The notes beneath the pieces were generated by a model. That model was not told where the DNA came from and did not search any database. It saw only the letters and a list, made by a program, of their open reading frames with translations. Positions 42,744 to 54,700 of a stretch of DNA of 64,000 bases are shown here, piece after piece. Every line of letters begins with the position of its first letter. The stretch's first letter is position 1. The stretch comes from a virus (taxonomy: Duplodnaviria > Caudoviricetes), in IMG/VR virus record IMGVR_UViG_3300043447_000710, positions 1 to 64,000 of that record; one strand, written 5' to 3'. Position numbers and translations under genes: made by a program.

Positions 42744-44108
42744 ATGTCACAACCGATTTTTCCTACTTACTCTCCACAAGTTACAGACTGGGTGGCTGCA
42801 GGCGACGACCTTTTAGGAGGTACCCAGCTACGAATGCTGCTGGAAGGATTCTCGCGGATCATGCCGCCCGATCTAGAAAATCTATTTCCTACTCAGTACA
42901 CTCCCAGCCGCACTGTGGCCTTCGAACAATACTTCGACAGTATTACGATGGCTCCAATCGTTGAAATGGGCAAAGAGTTTTCTCTGCAATTAGGTTCTGC
43001 TAGACGCTCTCGCAAGCGTTTTGCAAATCCGCTATTTACCCGCCAGCATATCTATATTGAAGATTCTGCGGTTAACGATTTACGGGCGCCTGGAACCTAT
43101 AACGATAGACTCGACCCTTCAGCAGTAATCGCTCAAAAGATCGAGGACGGTTACCGCTATCAGCAAGAACTAATTACCTTTTTACGTTATTCAGTTCTTC
43201 TAGGTGGTATTAACTATACCGACGCCCGTTCTAACGCTTCTATCAATGTTAGTACCGGCATTCCCCAGCACAACATGTTCTCGTATAACGGTTGGGGCGG
43301 TACTTACCCTGGCGGCGTTGCAGTTACTAACGTCGCCGCGCAAACGCCAGTACCCAATGTAGGTGATGGTAACACGTACACTGCATGGGATAACCTTACG
43401 GCTACACGAGGTCGAATGGAAGCCCTCTTGTTCACAGACCCTCAGCTAAACATTGGGGTGCCTTGGACTCAGCGCCAAGCAGACGTAGCTTCTACAGTTC
43501 GTCGTCTTAAAACATGGCTGACTGAAGTTAACAAAGTAGGTGGTTGGGAAATCTACATGGGTGGCGCTCTCTATGACGCCCTCCACTCTAACGATCTAAT
43601 TCGACGCTCTAGCGGTATGTTCTCCTTTGTAGGAAACATGGATGTCGTAGCGGGCGGTCGTAATGGGATCTATCCTATGGACGGTCCGGTGGCTCCAGCT
43701 AACGCTTACAGCTTTGAAGGCGGCGACCTGGTTGCGATCTCCGGCTGTAAAATTAATGTCGTACGCGGGCGCTACCCAAGTCCTGAAAACGGGCAACCAG
43801 AATTGTACTGGCCTCCTCACCAAATCGTAATGGTCGCACCTAAAGGTAACACTGGCGATACTATGGGCGCGACTTGGCATTGCTTGGGAGAATTGCGCGA
43901 CACCGTAGGTCCCTGGATTCGCTCTTCTGAAAATCCGCCTAGCCCTGCGCTACCTGGTACTAGCATCCAAATGGGCGACGCCTTTTTACCTGTTGCTAAG
44001 TACCCCCACTGGATCTCTATTATTAATGTCTGCGAACCTGGTTCTCTGAATACAGGTCTCTATGACGATCCGTTGTTTAGCTACGGTACTTCTTACTCTC
44101 TCTATTAA
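42744..44108 (+). CDS. major capsid protein
   Basis: follows the protease; LFP..MAPIV pattern of lambda gpE-type capsids; 454 aa. Confidence 0.8.
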   Translation: MSQPIFPTYSPQVTDWVAAGDDLLGGTQLRMLLEGFSRIMPPDLENLFPTQYTPSRTVAFEQYFDSITMAPIVEMGKEFSLQLGSARRSRKRFANPLFTRQHIYIEDSAVNDLRAPGTYNDRLDPSAVIAQKIEDGYRYQQELITFLRYSVLLGGINYTDARSNASINVSTGIPQHNMFSYNGWGGTYPGGVAVTNVAAQTPVPNVGDGNTYTAWDNLTATRGRMEALLFTDPQLNIGVPWTQRQADVASTVRRLKTWLTEVNKVGGWEIYMGGALYDALHSNDLIRRSSGMFSFVGNMDVVAGGRNGIYPMDGPVAPANAYSFEGGDLVAISGCKINVVRGRYPSPENGQPELYWPPHQIVMVAPKGNTGDTMGATWHCLGELRDTVGPWIRSSENPPSPALPGTSIQMGDAFLPVAKYPHWISIINVCEPGSLNTGLYDDPLFSYGTSYSLY

Positions 44109-44114
44109 TAAGCT

Positions 44115-44834
44115 ATGCCATCTACAGGATCTAACAAAGTAGAAGACCTCTGGAAGTCCAGAGGCACGCACCGTTTGACTCCATACGGCGGCGTGACTAA
44201 TAAAGGAGGCGTTGTAACTGCGACTGCAGCAGCGGGCGTCGTCACTCTAGCGTACACAGCAGCCGAGGTATTGTTAGATGCTCTGCCTTTTACTTTAACA
44301 GCAGGCAGTGTAGCGACTCCAGTTCTGCCAGACGGGCTTAACTCGATCGAACTTTTCGTGCGTCCGGTACGCGAAACATTAGCAGTGACTACTTTGCCCG
44401 CTACCGGAGTCGTTGGCGAAACAGTAATGTTAGTAACTCCAGCAGACCTTGACAAAAACTATCAATTCCTGCAAGGTTTGTACATCTACACGAGTACGGG
44501 TTGGCAACTTCGGGATAAAGTTGCTAAGGCAAATTTAGACCCGAATCGTCCTTACATGCCAGAAGATTCGCTAGTCAGCGCTTCCTCTGACTTTAGGCAT
44601 CTACCCTTCAACAAAATTGTTGGAGCCAGCGCGGCGGTAGGTGACGAGGCTTCGATCTTGTATCCAGCTAACGTAGGAACTCCTGTAACTATGCCTGGGA
44701 TGGGGCCGAGCTTTGCTCGCTTTGCTAGTGGATTTAAACTCGCAGAAGTTATGGTTAAGCTAACTGCCGGAGCTATCGCCAACGCAGCTACTGACGTTAA
44801 GATCGTACGTACTTCTCATGTCGATCTGTTCTAA
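44115..44834 (+). CDS. probable capsid decoration/minor head protein
   Basis: position after the MCP; A/V/T/G-rich. Confidence 0.5.
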   Translation: MPSTGSNKVEDLWKSRGTHRLTPYGGVTNKGGVVTATAAAGVVTLAYTAAEVLLDALPFTLTAGSVATPVLPDGLNSIELFVRPVRETLAVTTLPATGVVGETVMLVTPADLDKNYQFLQGLYIYTSTGWQLRDKVAKANLDPNRPYMPEDSLVSASSDFRHLPFNKIVGASAAVGDEASILYPANVGTPVTMPGMGPSFARFASGFKLAEVMVKLTAGAIANAATDVKIVRTSHVDLF

Positions 44835-44852
44835 CTTATAACGGTTGTAAAA

Positions 44853-45359
44853 ATGCACTATTTATTAGCTGTTTGCCCTGGAACTGCGGTTTACAACGGC
44901 CAGATGCGAAAAATGCGCCCTAACGATATCATTGCAGTCGCCGATGAAGCCGCTGAAGATATGTTACGGTCGCACGCATTTCTGACATTAAGTTCCAGCG
45001 ATATTCCCAAACCGCAACCAGAACCAAAGGTTCAAGCTGGGGCTAAGTTTAAAGCCGGTCCAGAGCCAATCGTTAGTAACGAAGAGCATCCTCCTTTAGA
45101 CTTACCTCCAAATGCTACTATAGCTGAAGTAATTCAGCATTTAGACTATTTAGCTTTACTAGATCCACAACCTAAAGCTAGTATCTTAGCGGTAGGTAAA
45201 GCTTATCCTAAGAACGGCTCTGTTAAAGATCGAGTCGATCGAATCTTGCAACAGGGTAAATACGAGCCTAAAGCTAAAAGTAAAGTAGACGTAAAGGTCA
45301 AGGTAGCACCAGAACAAAAACCTGAAGTAAAGCCACAACCTAAAGAACCGGAAGCATAA
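44853..45359 (+). CDS. hypothetical protein (P/K-rich)
   Basis: ORF in the head operon. Confidence 0.6.
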   Translation: MHYLLAVCPGTAVYNGQMRKMRPNDIIAVADEAAEDMLRSHAFLTLSSSDIPKPQPEPKVQAGAKFKAGPEPIVSNEEHPPLDLPPNATIAEVIQHLDYLALLDPQPKASILAVGKAYPKNGSVKDRVDRILQQGKYEPKAKSKVDVKVKVAPEQKPEVKPQPKEPEA

Positions 45360-45362
45360 ATC

Positions 45363-46919
45363 ATGGATTGGTCGCGTAGATTTGCTGTTGCAGATCCTAA
45401 CTTTGCCACCGTTCTTGCTAGTACTCTAACGCCGACCGAGCAAACTTACGCTCAGTCGGCGTTACTAGTTAGAATGGCTAAAACAATAAGACACTATTCA
45501 AAACTTTTAAACGGAGCTAAGCTAGAAGAAATCTATCATACTATCGTTAGAGATACCGATTATGAGTTGGCGTTCTTATTATTAGCTGCTAAGGACGAGA
45601 ATCGAAGCCCATTATTTTCGCCAGTTCAAGTTTCGGCAATGTTGTTTGGCGAGCCGGTACTTACTAATTATTCAGAATTTACAGATGGCTTAACGGAACT
45701 CTCTTGTAAGTTTGCCGCCTCAAAGCTAATTAATGCATTTGCCGTAGTAGAAGAGCAGGTTAAAGCAGCAGAGCTACTAAGGAAACAGGCCGACGAAACC
45801 TTAAACTTTGTAATTAAGGCTCAACAAAACGTTAGTAAATCGAGTAGTTCTAGCGGTGTAGAAGACGAGCGCATCAAACAGGCCCGTCTCTACTTTGAAG
45901 ACAAAGAGTTTGTTACCAACGCAGAACTTCAAGCAGCTTTTTTCCTACCTACTCAAACGGGCAGTAGCGGCTGGACTATAGCTGCTAGTTACCCAGCACA
46001 AACGCAAATATCTGTTAGAAGAATCGTTTTAGATCTGAGTCTGCAGATTAACAACTTTACTCTAGACCCGACTAGAGGTGCTAACGTAATTGCTGCGGTG
46101 TCCCAATCTGGGGAAGGTGGCTACCCGTATTTAGACTTTGCGCTTAGAGATTATTTGCTCGGATACAACGCGGATAGTATTGCGATTAGATTTACTAGTG
46201 GCGATAGTATCGTTCCGTTTTCTTGGGGATTAACGACCCTAGATCTGCGCCCGACTCAAGTAAATAGTTGCATTCTTTTACAGCGCTCGCCTAAAGACAG
46301 CAGGCTATCAACTACCAGTACTGGAGACAACGCCTCTAGCAGCGAAGCTAGATACGACTGTATCTACTTCCGTAATTTACAAGGAGCTGTGAGTACTACA
46401 GGAAACCTAAGCTATAGAACTAGCGTTACCAGTGATATTACTGAAACTACAATTTCCACGTCCGCTTTAATTCCTAGATATTCCCAAGAGGCTCTAGCAC
46501 TAATAGATGCTTTAAACCTTAGTAAAAAAGCTACTAACCTAGTTGGCGCGATCGTCCGCGATGACCCAGATACTATCTCTAGCGGCATGAGCGCGGTAAG
46601 GATAATACCGTGGCCGGTTACGTCTCCTATTACTTATTTAGTAATGGATATTTTAAGCGTGCCTAGCGATATTGAAATAGCTTTAGGCGACATGCGCGGT
46701 CCGCAAACTGCATTTACAAACCTGGCATTATCTCTAGTTTGTCAACCACTGTTCCAGCGATTATCTAGTACTACATCAAGTAGCAATTTTACAAATAGAG
46801 GAAGTAAAGCTGAAGTGGTTAGCATTCAACTTCAATCACAAAGAGACTTAAATTATGACCTTCACGAACGAATCTCGGCAATTACCGGATTTAACTATCG
46901 GCGTCGGCCAGACATCTAA
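45363..46919 (+). CDS. putative neck/head-tail adaptor protein
   Basis: position between capsid and sheath. Confidence 0.45.
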   Translation: MDWSRRFAVADPNFATVLASTLTPTEQTYAQSALLVRMAKTIRHYSKLLNGAKLEEIYHTIVRDTDYELAFLLLAAKDENRSPLFSPVQVSAMLFGEPVLTNYSEFTDGLTELSCKFAASKLINAFAVVEEQVKAAELLRKQADETLNFVIKAQQNVSKSSSSSGVEDERIKQARLYFEDKEFVTNAELQAAFFLPTQTGSSGWTIAASYPAQTQISVRRIVLDLSLQINNFTLDPTRGANVIAAVSQSGEGGYPYLDFALRDYLLGYNADSIAIRFTSGDSIVPFSWGLTTLDLRPTQVNSCILLQRSPKDSRLSTTSTGDNASSSEARYDCIYFRNLQGAVSTTGNLSYRTSVTSDITETTISTSALIPRYSQEALALIDALNLSKKATNLVGAIVRDDPDTISSGMSAVRIIPWPVTSPITYLVMDILSVPSDIEIALGDMRGPQTAFTNLALSLVCQPLFQRLSSTTSSSNFTNRGSKAEVVSIQLQSQRDLNYDLHERISAITGFNYRRRPDI

Positions 46920-47595
46920 AGCTCTACCTAAATTTATTCCGACCGATAGAGATCTAGTAGCGGCGGTCGCCATCGCTATCGCTACAAATCCTTTAGTAGC
47001 GGACACTGAAATCTTAAATCCATTAGATGGCAGTAGAGTAGAAATCGCTAAAGTTAAACTGTACGGCGGCAGAGAACTTACCGAACCTGGATTGGTACTA
47101 GCTATATATCCAGACACTGCGTCAGTAGGGGGTGGAGATCGCGGCTACCTTAAAGAAGAGCAGTTAGCTTTAGCTCCTGGGAACTCTAAGGAATCGGTTC
47201 CTTACTTACAGGCAAACTTAGTTGCAAAGCTAACCTATCAACTGTCTGACTTTGATTACGGATTAGAGACTAAATACGCAAGCGTAGATGGTAAGAATTA
47301 CTATTTTCAAACGGCAGACAGAATTTTAGATTTACCTCAAGGATTTAAAGGAGACTTAAAAAGTATCGAACTTGCTGTCTTGCCTGCCGAAGAAATATTA
47401 AAGGAATGGATCACTTTACTTAGATATGCAATTAGAGACATCTCGATCTTACAACCTTGGCGAGTACGCAATCCCCAAATAGTTTCTGTTTGCTATGAAA
47501 CAGCGGAACTGTTTAAAAAAGCTAATGGAGCTGACGCAGTGCTTCATAGTGCTTGGATAAAGTTTAAGTTTAGTTACACAGATATTGCCATCTAG
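46855..47595 (+). CDS. putative tail terminator/neck protein
   Basis: position immediately before the sheath. Confidence 0.45.
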   Translation: MTFTNESRQLPDLTIGVGQTSKALPKFIPTDRDLVAAVAIAIATNPLVADTEILNPLDGSRVEIAKVKLYGGRELTEPGLVLAIYPDTASVGGGDRGYLKEEQLALAPGNSKESVPYLQANLVAKLTYQLSDFDYGLETKYASVDGKNYYFQTADRILDLPQGFKGDLKSIELAVLPAEEILKEWITLLRYAIRDISILQPWRVRNPQIVSVCYETAELFKKANGADAVLHSAWIKFKFSYTDIAI

Positions 47596-47672
47596 CGCGT
47601 TATAAGCTCAGCACTCGGCTGTACTGTACAGTCAGCCAGAAGAGACTGGCGGAGTCTTTATATGCGTAGAAT

Positions 47673-50600
47673 ATGCCGTCAAACCTAAGCTATCCACACG
47701 TAGAATTTAATTCGGTTACGGTCGGTTCCGTACCGACCGTTTCTAATTGGCGCGATGCGATCGGTGTCGTCGGCCAATTCCGACGCGGACCGTCGCTTAA
47801 CACTATTACTTCAGCTAGCGAATTTAATAAGCTGTATGGGGCTGATAACAGTCCTGGTTCTAGAGCCGTACGAATGATGCTAGATTTAGGCATCAATACG
47901 CTAACTATTTCTAGAGCGGTTTCTGAAGAAACTGCAGCGAGCACTCAAATCTCCTTTTATGGACTCGGCGCTGGAATCGAAGCTAAAGTCGGATTTGAAG
48001 GAAATATCCAACAATTTCAGTCGGGGTCTCCAGTTCAGACGACTGGACTACAATTAGAAGCTAACTATATTGGCAAAGCCTTACCTAGCATTAATGCGAT
48101 CGGGAATATCGAAGTTAGCGATACTTCTAAGTTAAATCGAGATCTTAGCTTTTTAGGTCAGGCTTTACTTCAATTAGGAGTAGAAGAAAGGATTTCTAAT
48201 ACCGTAGATGTAACTACGACTTCTATTCTCGCAAGTACGCCGAGTGCTTATGCAGCTGTCGCAGCGACTACTTATGCTATTGGGGACACAGGAACGTTAG
48301 CTGCGTTAAACGCTAACTTTACACCTCAAGGCGCGGCAGTAGCTTTAGCAAACGGGAATCGCTTAGCACTTCCTGGTGGAGGTGCCATCGATATTGCCGG
48401 AGGTAACTATACAGTACTTGCAGCGGGTTCGGTAACGGTTGGAAGCTTGGCTATCAAAGCCGAACCATTAGGGCTGACTAACCTACTGGCAACGCTGGGA
48501 GTAGGTAGCAAACTTTATTACAATAATGTAGAAGTAGCAACCTTAGCTATTGCCTCAGCACCGACAAATACAGCAGTAACTGTTTATGTAATTCCCTCTG
48601 GAACTACAGCCCCTGTAGGAGCGGTACTTAAAGTACAGGCTGTTATTGGCAAAGGGCAGATCCAACTAATTCCAACTGCGAATGATGAGTATCAATTCGC
48701 GCGCATTTCTAAAAGTCTGTATCCTGCAGTCTTAGCAAATCTTAAACCTGGTAGAACTTTACAATCGGTCTCGGCCGCAGCAACGTTTCAAGCTAATAGT
48801 CTAACGATTCTTTCTCGACCTTTACCAGACCAGACTGACGGAAACTTTTATAACTTTGTTGTAAAAGGAGGAGTAACTGGAACTGCTGCTGTGTTAGCAG
48901 CCGGAATCGATATCGAGCTATATGACACACCGTTTAATGCATATACGATCGCCGTTAGTACTACTGCTAATCTAGGATTGATCGCCAACCAAAATGCAAT
49001 TCAATGGCGAAACCAACTCTATCGGGCAGACACTAACGTCTTAGTAGATAGCTATGAAATCGTACCAGAAGCTTATTCGCCAAACGCGCTGAAAGTAAAC
49101 TTTCTATTTGTCAATCCAGACCGCACTATAGTAGCTGTAGACTCTGGAATCTCGTTTGACATTCCACAGGTAGAAACTAGCGGCGTAATTGCTTTGGCTG
49201 AGGGTTCCAATTACAGATTGCCTTTGGTCAGAGCTAAGGTGGCAATCGGTGCGATGGCAACAAATACTTTGCCATTTCAAGCCGGACTTTCCGCCGCAGA
49301 TGTATTAGATAAACTACAGACAGCAGTTTTACAAGACACGATTATGAGTGCCTTGTTTGAAACTCCGGTTCTTAGCAAGACATTAGTACCCGCGACTTTA
49401 ACTCTAAACACTAAGATCAAAGGAGATCAGGCTAATAGAGTATATCTAGAACTTTCTCGCAGCACTGTTGGTGAAGACATTCCCAACGGTTTCTACGCTA
49501 ATGACTTACTTCTAAATTCGGCAACTGTTGCGATCGCTAATAACAATTGGAGCTATCCAAACGACACACCCGCAGTACATAAGCCTTTCTACTGCGAGTC
49601 CGCTAGCGCCGGATCTAAAACTGCAAGTCTCAAACTTTACTCGCAGGATAGCGATCTGTTAGTTACCATTTTTGCTCTAAGCGATGGAGCTTACGGCAAC
49701 CAAATCGAAGTCTCCGTAGCACCAGGTACTGACGGTCAATTCGTACTAAACCTTAAAGATTTAGACAGTGCTAATTATCAGGCTACGGCTACTACAGAAA
49801 CATTAAATTTATCGACACGAGACGTAGATCCTACTAATGGGTTGTTTAATGCTACTAAAAACTCATCGATGATTCGAGCTTATTACGCTCCTGTAGTAGT
49901 CAATCCAGGGCGGCAATTAACCGATCTCGAACTTTCTAAAGTGCCGTTGAGAATCGCTCCTGCCTACGGTGCTTATATTTCTTCTTTAAACTATGTAGAT
50001 ATTAACGGTAGGCCTTCGATTTACTCAGTAGCTTATCAAGGTGAGACATACCTGCAAAACATCTCGTTGTCAGGAGGTGCCGACGCTCAATTAGAAGCAG
50101 ACGCAGATCCAGCTAACGTAGGCGCTAGTGCAATGGTCAGAGCCGTACAACGTCTAGAAGAGCTTGATATTGCAGTGCTTTATCCAGCTGGAGTAACTAT
50201 CGGCGACCCGCGTTATGCTCCTGTGGTAGCAGAATGTATCGGCCAAGTCAACCGCAATGCTAAGACTAATACCAATCGACGGTTGGTACTTCAAGCTCCT
50301 CCCAACCTTAACGCAGCTCAAGCAGCTTTGTATGGCGCTCAGCTAAATAACGAAGACATTACATTAGTAGCCGGTTGGTGCGGGTACACAGGAATCTCTT
50401 CTAACAACTTGCAGCCCGCAGCCGCTCTTTATGCTGCCGGACTGGCTAAGGTAGCTCCGCCTCAATCAATGGCTTACGTCCGCAATGGTCTAACTATTTC
50501 TGGAGTAAGCTCTGTAGACACGCCTTCTACTCCTCAATATCTAGATGCCATTACTAGAGCTGGCGTCGAAGCTTTATACTTTGACGCCGCTGTAGGTCAG

Positions 50601-50960
50601 TTCCATTTCTTAAATGGCCGCAACACTTCTAGAGATCCTAACAAACGTTTAGTTTCGATTCGTCGAGTAGCTCTGCAAATGCTAGTCGATCTCTACCAAA
50701 ATCTCGTATACGTAAGATCGCAACAGAACGACGATACCGCGCGAGCTTTAGTAGCAGCGTCTTGCGACGCTTATTTAAGCAACCGCGTTAGCACTGGCTG
50801 GATTCAATCTTACAGCCCAACCATTGCGGACGCTAGTAACAACACAGCGGATACTACAGCCGCTGGTTATCTTAACGCGACTATCAGCTATACTCCGTTC
50901 TTCCCCGCTGACATCATTGTAGTTGATGTAATCCAAAATCTATCGCTACAACTTAACTAA
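47673..50960 (+). CDS. contractile tail sheath protein (large, 1,095 aa)
   Basis: YPHVEF, GVVGQFRRGP, GAYGNQIEV, LSGGAD, ISIRR and YTPFFPADII sheath motifs. Confidence 0.9.
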   Translation: MPSNLSYPHVEFNSVTVGSVPTVSNWRDAIGVVGQFRRGPSLNTITSASEFNKLYGADNSPGSRAVRMMLDLGINTLTISRAVSEETAASTQISFYGLGAGIEAKVGFEGNIQQFQSGSPVQTTGLQLEANYIGKALPSINAIGNIEVSDTSKLNRDLSFLGQALLQLGVEERISNTVDVTTTSILASTPSAYAAVAATTYAIGDTGTLAALNANFTPQGAAVALANGNRLALPGGGAIDIAGGNYTVLAAGSVTVGSLAIKAEPLGLTNLLATLGVGSKLYYNNVEVATLAIASAPTNTAVTVYVIPSGTTAPVGAVLKVQAVIGKGQIQLIPTANDEYQFARISKSLYPAVLANLKPGRTLQSVSAAATFQANSLTILSRPLPDQTDGNFYNFVVKGGVTGTAAVLAAGIDIELYDTPFNAYTIAVSTTANLGLIANQNAIQWRNQLYRADTNVLVDSYEIVPEAYSPNALKVNFLFVNPDRTIVAVDSGISFDIPQVETSGVIALAEGSNYRLPLVRAKVAIGAMATNTLPFQAGLSAADVLDKLQTAVLQDTIMSALFETPVLSKTLVPATLTLNTKIKGDQANRVYLELSRSTVGEDIPNGFYANDLLLNSATVAIANNNWSYPNDTPAVHKPFYCESASAGSKTASLKLYSQDSDLLVTIFALSDGAYGNQIEVSVAPGTDGQFVLNLKDLDSANYQATATTETLNLSTRDVDPTNGLFNATKNSSMIRAYYAPVVVNPGRQLTDLELSKVPLRIAPAYGAYISSLNYVDINGRPSIYSVAYQGETYLQNISLSGGADAQLEADADPANVGASAMVRAVQRLEELDIAVLYPAGVTIGDPRYAPVVAECIGQVNRNAKTNTNRRLVLQAPPNLNAAQAALYGAQLNNEDITLVAGWCGYTGISSNNLQPAAALYAAGLAKVAPPQSMAYVRNGLTISGVSSVDTPSTPQYLDAITRAGVEALYFDAAVGQFHFLNGRNTSRDPNKRLVSIRRVALQMLVDLYQNLVYVRSQQNDDTARALVAASCDAYLSNRVSTGWIQSYSPTIADASNNTADTTAAGYLNATISYTPFFPADIIVVDVIQNLSLQLN

Positions 50961-50975
50961 GCGAGGTAACTAAAG

Positions 50976-51710
50976 ATGCCAGTTTTTACGACTAAAAGTA
51001 CGCCGAATACCACTAACTCTGCAGGTGGTGTTAATAATGCAATTAAAGACCCGTTTCAGGGTTACGACTGCAACGTTTGGATGTTAGATGCGGCAGGCCG
51101 CTTGGTAAACAGAGGCTTTTTTACTAGCGTTCAATTTACCTTTCGTAATGCTACCGAGCCGTATATGGAAATGGGTCAGCGCGTACCTAGATATCTAGAC
51201 GGTGACTTTCAAATCGGATGGGTAGCGCAGCGGGGTATGTTAGACATGGCAACGATTCAGGAAACTTTAGGCTTTCCTGCCGTCACCCGTTCCGCTCGCG
51301 TTGGTAGAAGCCCTAGATTTACACTCGTCTTCTATATCAACGCCGCAGAGCTAGCATCTGCTGAAGATAATATTACCGCTCCTGGCGATCTTAGTAGGCT
51401 AAATAATAGTTATGGTAACGATCCTTTAGGAAGCGCAAAACGCAGTACTAAAGGTAAGATCGTTCTGTTAAACTGTAAGCTAGATACATTTGCATTAGGA
51501 GCTCAGTCTGGGCAAAAGGTTATTGCTAATCAATGGGAAGGCCTTGCTGAAGGTTATCAAGTCATTACTTCAAATGATAAGAGTGCTACTTTTACTAACG
51601 AAGAGAAGACTTTTCAGCGAACCTTTAATTCTGGTGGCGCCCTTAACGCTCAAGACAATATTGCTGGAGTAGGCAAAGATCTAAAAAGTTTTTATAACGT
51701 CACTAATTAA
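50976..51710 (+). CDS. tail tube protein
   Basis: follows the sheath; EPYMEMGQRVPRYLDG; 244 aa. Confidence 0.75.
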   Translation: MPVFTTKSTPNTTNSAGGVNNAIKDPFQGYDCNVWMLDAAGRLVNRGFFTSVQFTFRNATEPYMEMGQRVPRYLDGDFQIGWVAQRGMLDMATIQETLGFPAVTRSARVGRSPRFTLVFYINAAELASAEDNITAPGDLSRLNNSYGNDPLGSAKRSTKGKIVLLNCKLDTFALGAQSGQKVIANQWEGLAEGYQVITSNDKSATFTNEEKTFQRTFNSGGALNAQDNIAGVGKDLKSFYNVTN

Positions 51711-51717
51711 TTACCTA

Positions 51718-54700
51718 GTGTTAACCTATCAAGCGCGGCTCGGCTCGAACTGTCATCAGCGAGCTGAAGCCGCCATTCCTTTATGTGTGATTACCGGTCT
51801 CAATCACAAGGATGTGTTGTTCGCACACGTTCCAGTAGCTAGTGATTGGGTAGTTCAATCCGTGTCTTGTAGCGTTCAGCGTTTTTGGAATGCTAGTTCT
51901 GCAGTAATCAACCTTACGTGCGCTTCTACAGAGATGCGTGAATTCGCACCACCGCTGCCTAGAATAAAACTGGCTCAAGACAATATCGAACATTATCTAG
52001 GTGAAGAAGATAATGTTTGTATTTGGTTGGGTTATGTTGACAGACTTTATAGTTCGGCTAGCGCTTTGTGGGAGTTGATGGAAGGAGACAATCCTCAATT
52101 TCTAAGAGTATTTATCGGCTCGATCGACACGATCGGTTTTACTGGAACCGACGCTGGCTTTAAATATACGATTCAATGCCGAGATCGAATGAAGCATTTG
52201 ATGGATACGCAAGTATCTCTAGCTCCATTTGATATCAAAGACGACCGTACGTATTTAAATCAAGCTTTAGGCGGGCAAGCTGACGCTGTTAATCGCTCTG
52301 ACGTAATTCTTAAGATCGCTCAACTAGGAGTCGGTTATGTAGATTTAGGTAAGGATAGTAATCCTACAGATCTCAATGGCATGAAGATTTTGCCAGGAAC
52401 CGTACATGACTTGGGTAAAGTCGCCGCCGCGAGTAAGAAAGCAGAGGACACTCGTAACAAAATCGACTATCCAGCCCCAGACCTTTTCTATAACTATGGA
52501 GATAAGCCTTTAGCAGCTAGCGTTAATAATAAGGTTTTGGATTTAGACTTTAACCCTAAGTTTAATATCATGACTGGCCGGCTGCCCTTCAACACTGAAA
52601 CGGTCGCGCGGGAATTTACAATCGAACAACAAGTACCGATAGAACTAATCAAACTATTATCCAATCAGGAAAGTTACCCGACAGAAGTATTTGCTTCGGT
52701 TAGGGATGGTAATTATTACTATTGTCCTAGAGGTACTGACTTAAGCGGGCTGACAGATCCAAAGCGTTTTTACCGTACGTATTACTACCGTGGCTATCAA
52801 CCAGAAGGAGTTGGAGACTCTGCTGTTATATCTAGTCTGAGCAAAAAGTATCCAAAAATTAAAGCTTTAGAATTCGACGTTCACGATAAAGCAGCGAAAG
52901 AAACAGTTGTAGAAATAGACGCTACTTTACCTTTCAACTCAAGTATAGATGTAGCGCAGGCGTGCCATAATTGGCGGGAAGAACGCACTACTGTAGGCAT
53001 GTACACTAATTTTCTAATCGTTAATAACTCGCCTAACAACACCAAGTCTGGAAACGTAATCATGATGCACATGGTTTCTCGCCCGCCGATTCTAGCGGGG
53101 CGAGCGATAGCTGGCAGAAATTATTACATTATCGATGACAATCTAACTACTAGAACCGAGGCGATAGCGTTAGGCGCTCAACAAGCAAGGCTTCATGGCA
53201 AACAGTTAAGATCTGCCTCTATGACTTTACTGGGAGATCCGAGCTTGACACCTGGAGAGTTAATTCAAGTTGTCGGTTCGCCGATGCATTCCCATCTTGC
53301 AGATTTAGAACTACTCGTACAAGAGCGTTATGGAGCGATTGAGTATTTACAAAGGGAGAGAGAAAGTCATAGCGACATCTTGACTAAAATTAAAAACTTA
53401 GACAAGCAAGCTCCAGATACCGAAACCGCTCCCTTAGTTTCAGGTAGTAACAAACCTAACGAAGGCAAGTTCGATCTTAATGTTTCTAAGGACTTAGTTA
53501 GTCTCGGCGGTAATAACGTCGATATGAGTAAAGGCAGTACAGAAGCTTCTTTTAAAGCTGGCAGTACTGAAGACGCCGTTCGAATTCGAGAAAGTAAAGA
53601 CTTTAAAGTCAGTGGTGTTGCCAACCCCTCAGAATCTTCTCAAAGTCAGCAGAATCAGCCGCCCACGACAGCTACAAGTTTTGAAGGAAAGCCTGGGGAA
53701 TTATTATACCCGCTTCCGAAAGAATACAGAATTAGTTCTGTGGCTCAAAAGAATCGTAAAAATCCAGTAACTGGTAGAACTGCAGACCACCGAGGTACGG
53801 ATTATCAGTGCCCTACAGGAACCGGAGTTTTAGCTACAGCAGCCGGACAGGTGATTACTTCAGCATTCGTTAGCGGCTATGGCGAGTACATCAAACTCGA
53901 TCACGGCAATGGAATCACAAGCGGTTACGCTCACTTAAACTTAAGACAAGTGACTGTCGGCCAAACCGTAACCGCAGGACAACAGATCGGATTATCTGGG
54001 AACACTGGTAATTCTACCGGACCTCACTTGCACTTTGAAATCTTTGTAAATGGTAATTGGCAGCCAACGGGAACGGTAGTGCCTCCAGGCTCTAGCGTTC
54101 CACCTCAATACTCTTCAGAACTTAAAGCGGCTTTAGGTAGTATTAATAGCAACATTGCTCCATCAGAAGTTAAGGTAGAACAGCAAAAGAAACAACCTGT
54201 TGCTAGATTAGAAGATATAGATTTTGTTGATGCTGGTGGAACTCTTAGCAGTACTATTAAAGCATTAAATAATTTTAAAGCGGCTTTAAAAACACAAAAG
54301 TATAATGGCAATCAAGTCAAGATCGAATTCGACTTTCCTTATTTAAAAGAGCCACAACTTAAAGAAAAGCCTAAAGTTTTAAAGACGGGCTTGATCGTTG
54401 AAATTACTAGCAACTCTGCTACTATTGAGTGGCTGGCAAACTTAGGACTTACTACGGATCTAATCTATTTAGGCCAGTTAGACATTAAGTATCAAAGTCT
54501 TTTTGCTTATGCGGGAGATGAGTCTAGTGTAAAGACACTGATCGAACTTCTTGTTTTTGCTAAGAGTCAAGGTATAAATCTTTTAAAGGACACTTCTAAG
54601 GCTGATAATATTTATCAGAAGTTAGCTGATAATTACGACACGTCTAAACCGGCAGTGCGGACTGAAACTTCGGAAACTTCTAAAGCGCTAAAAGGTAACG

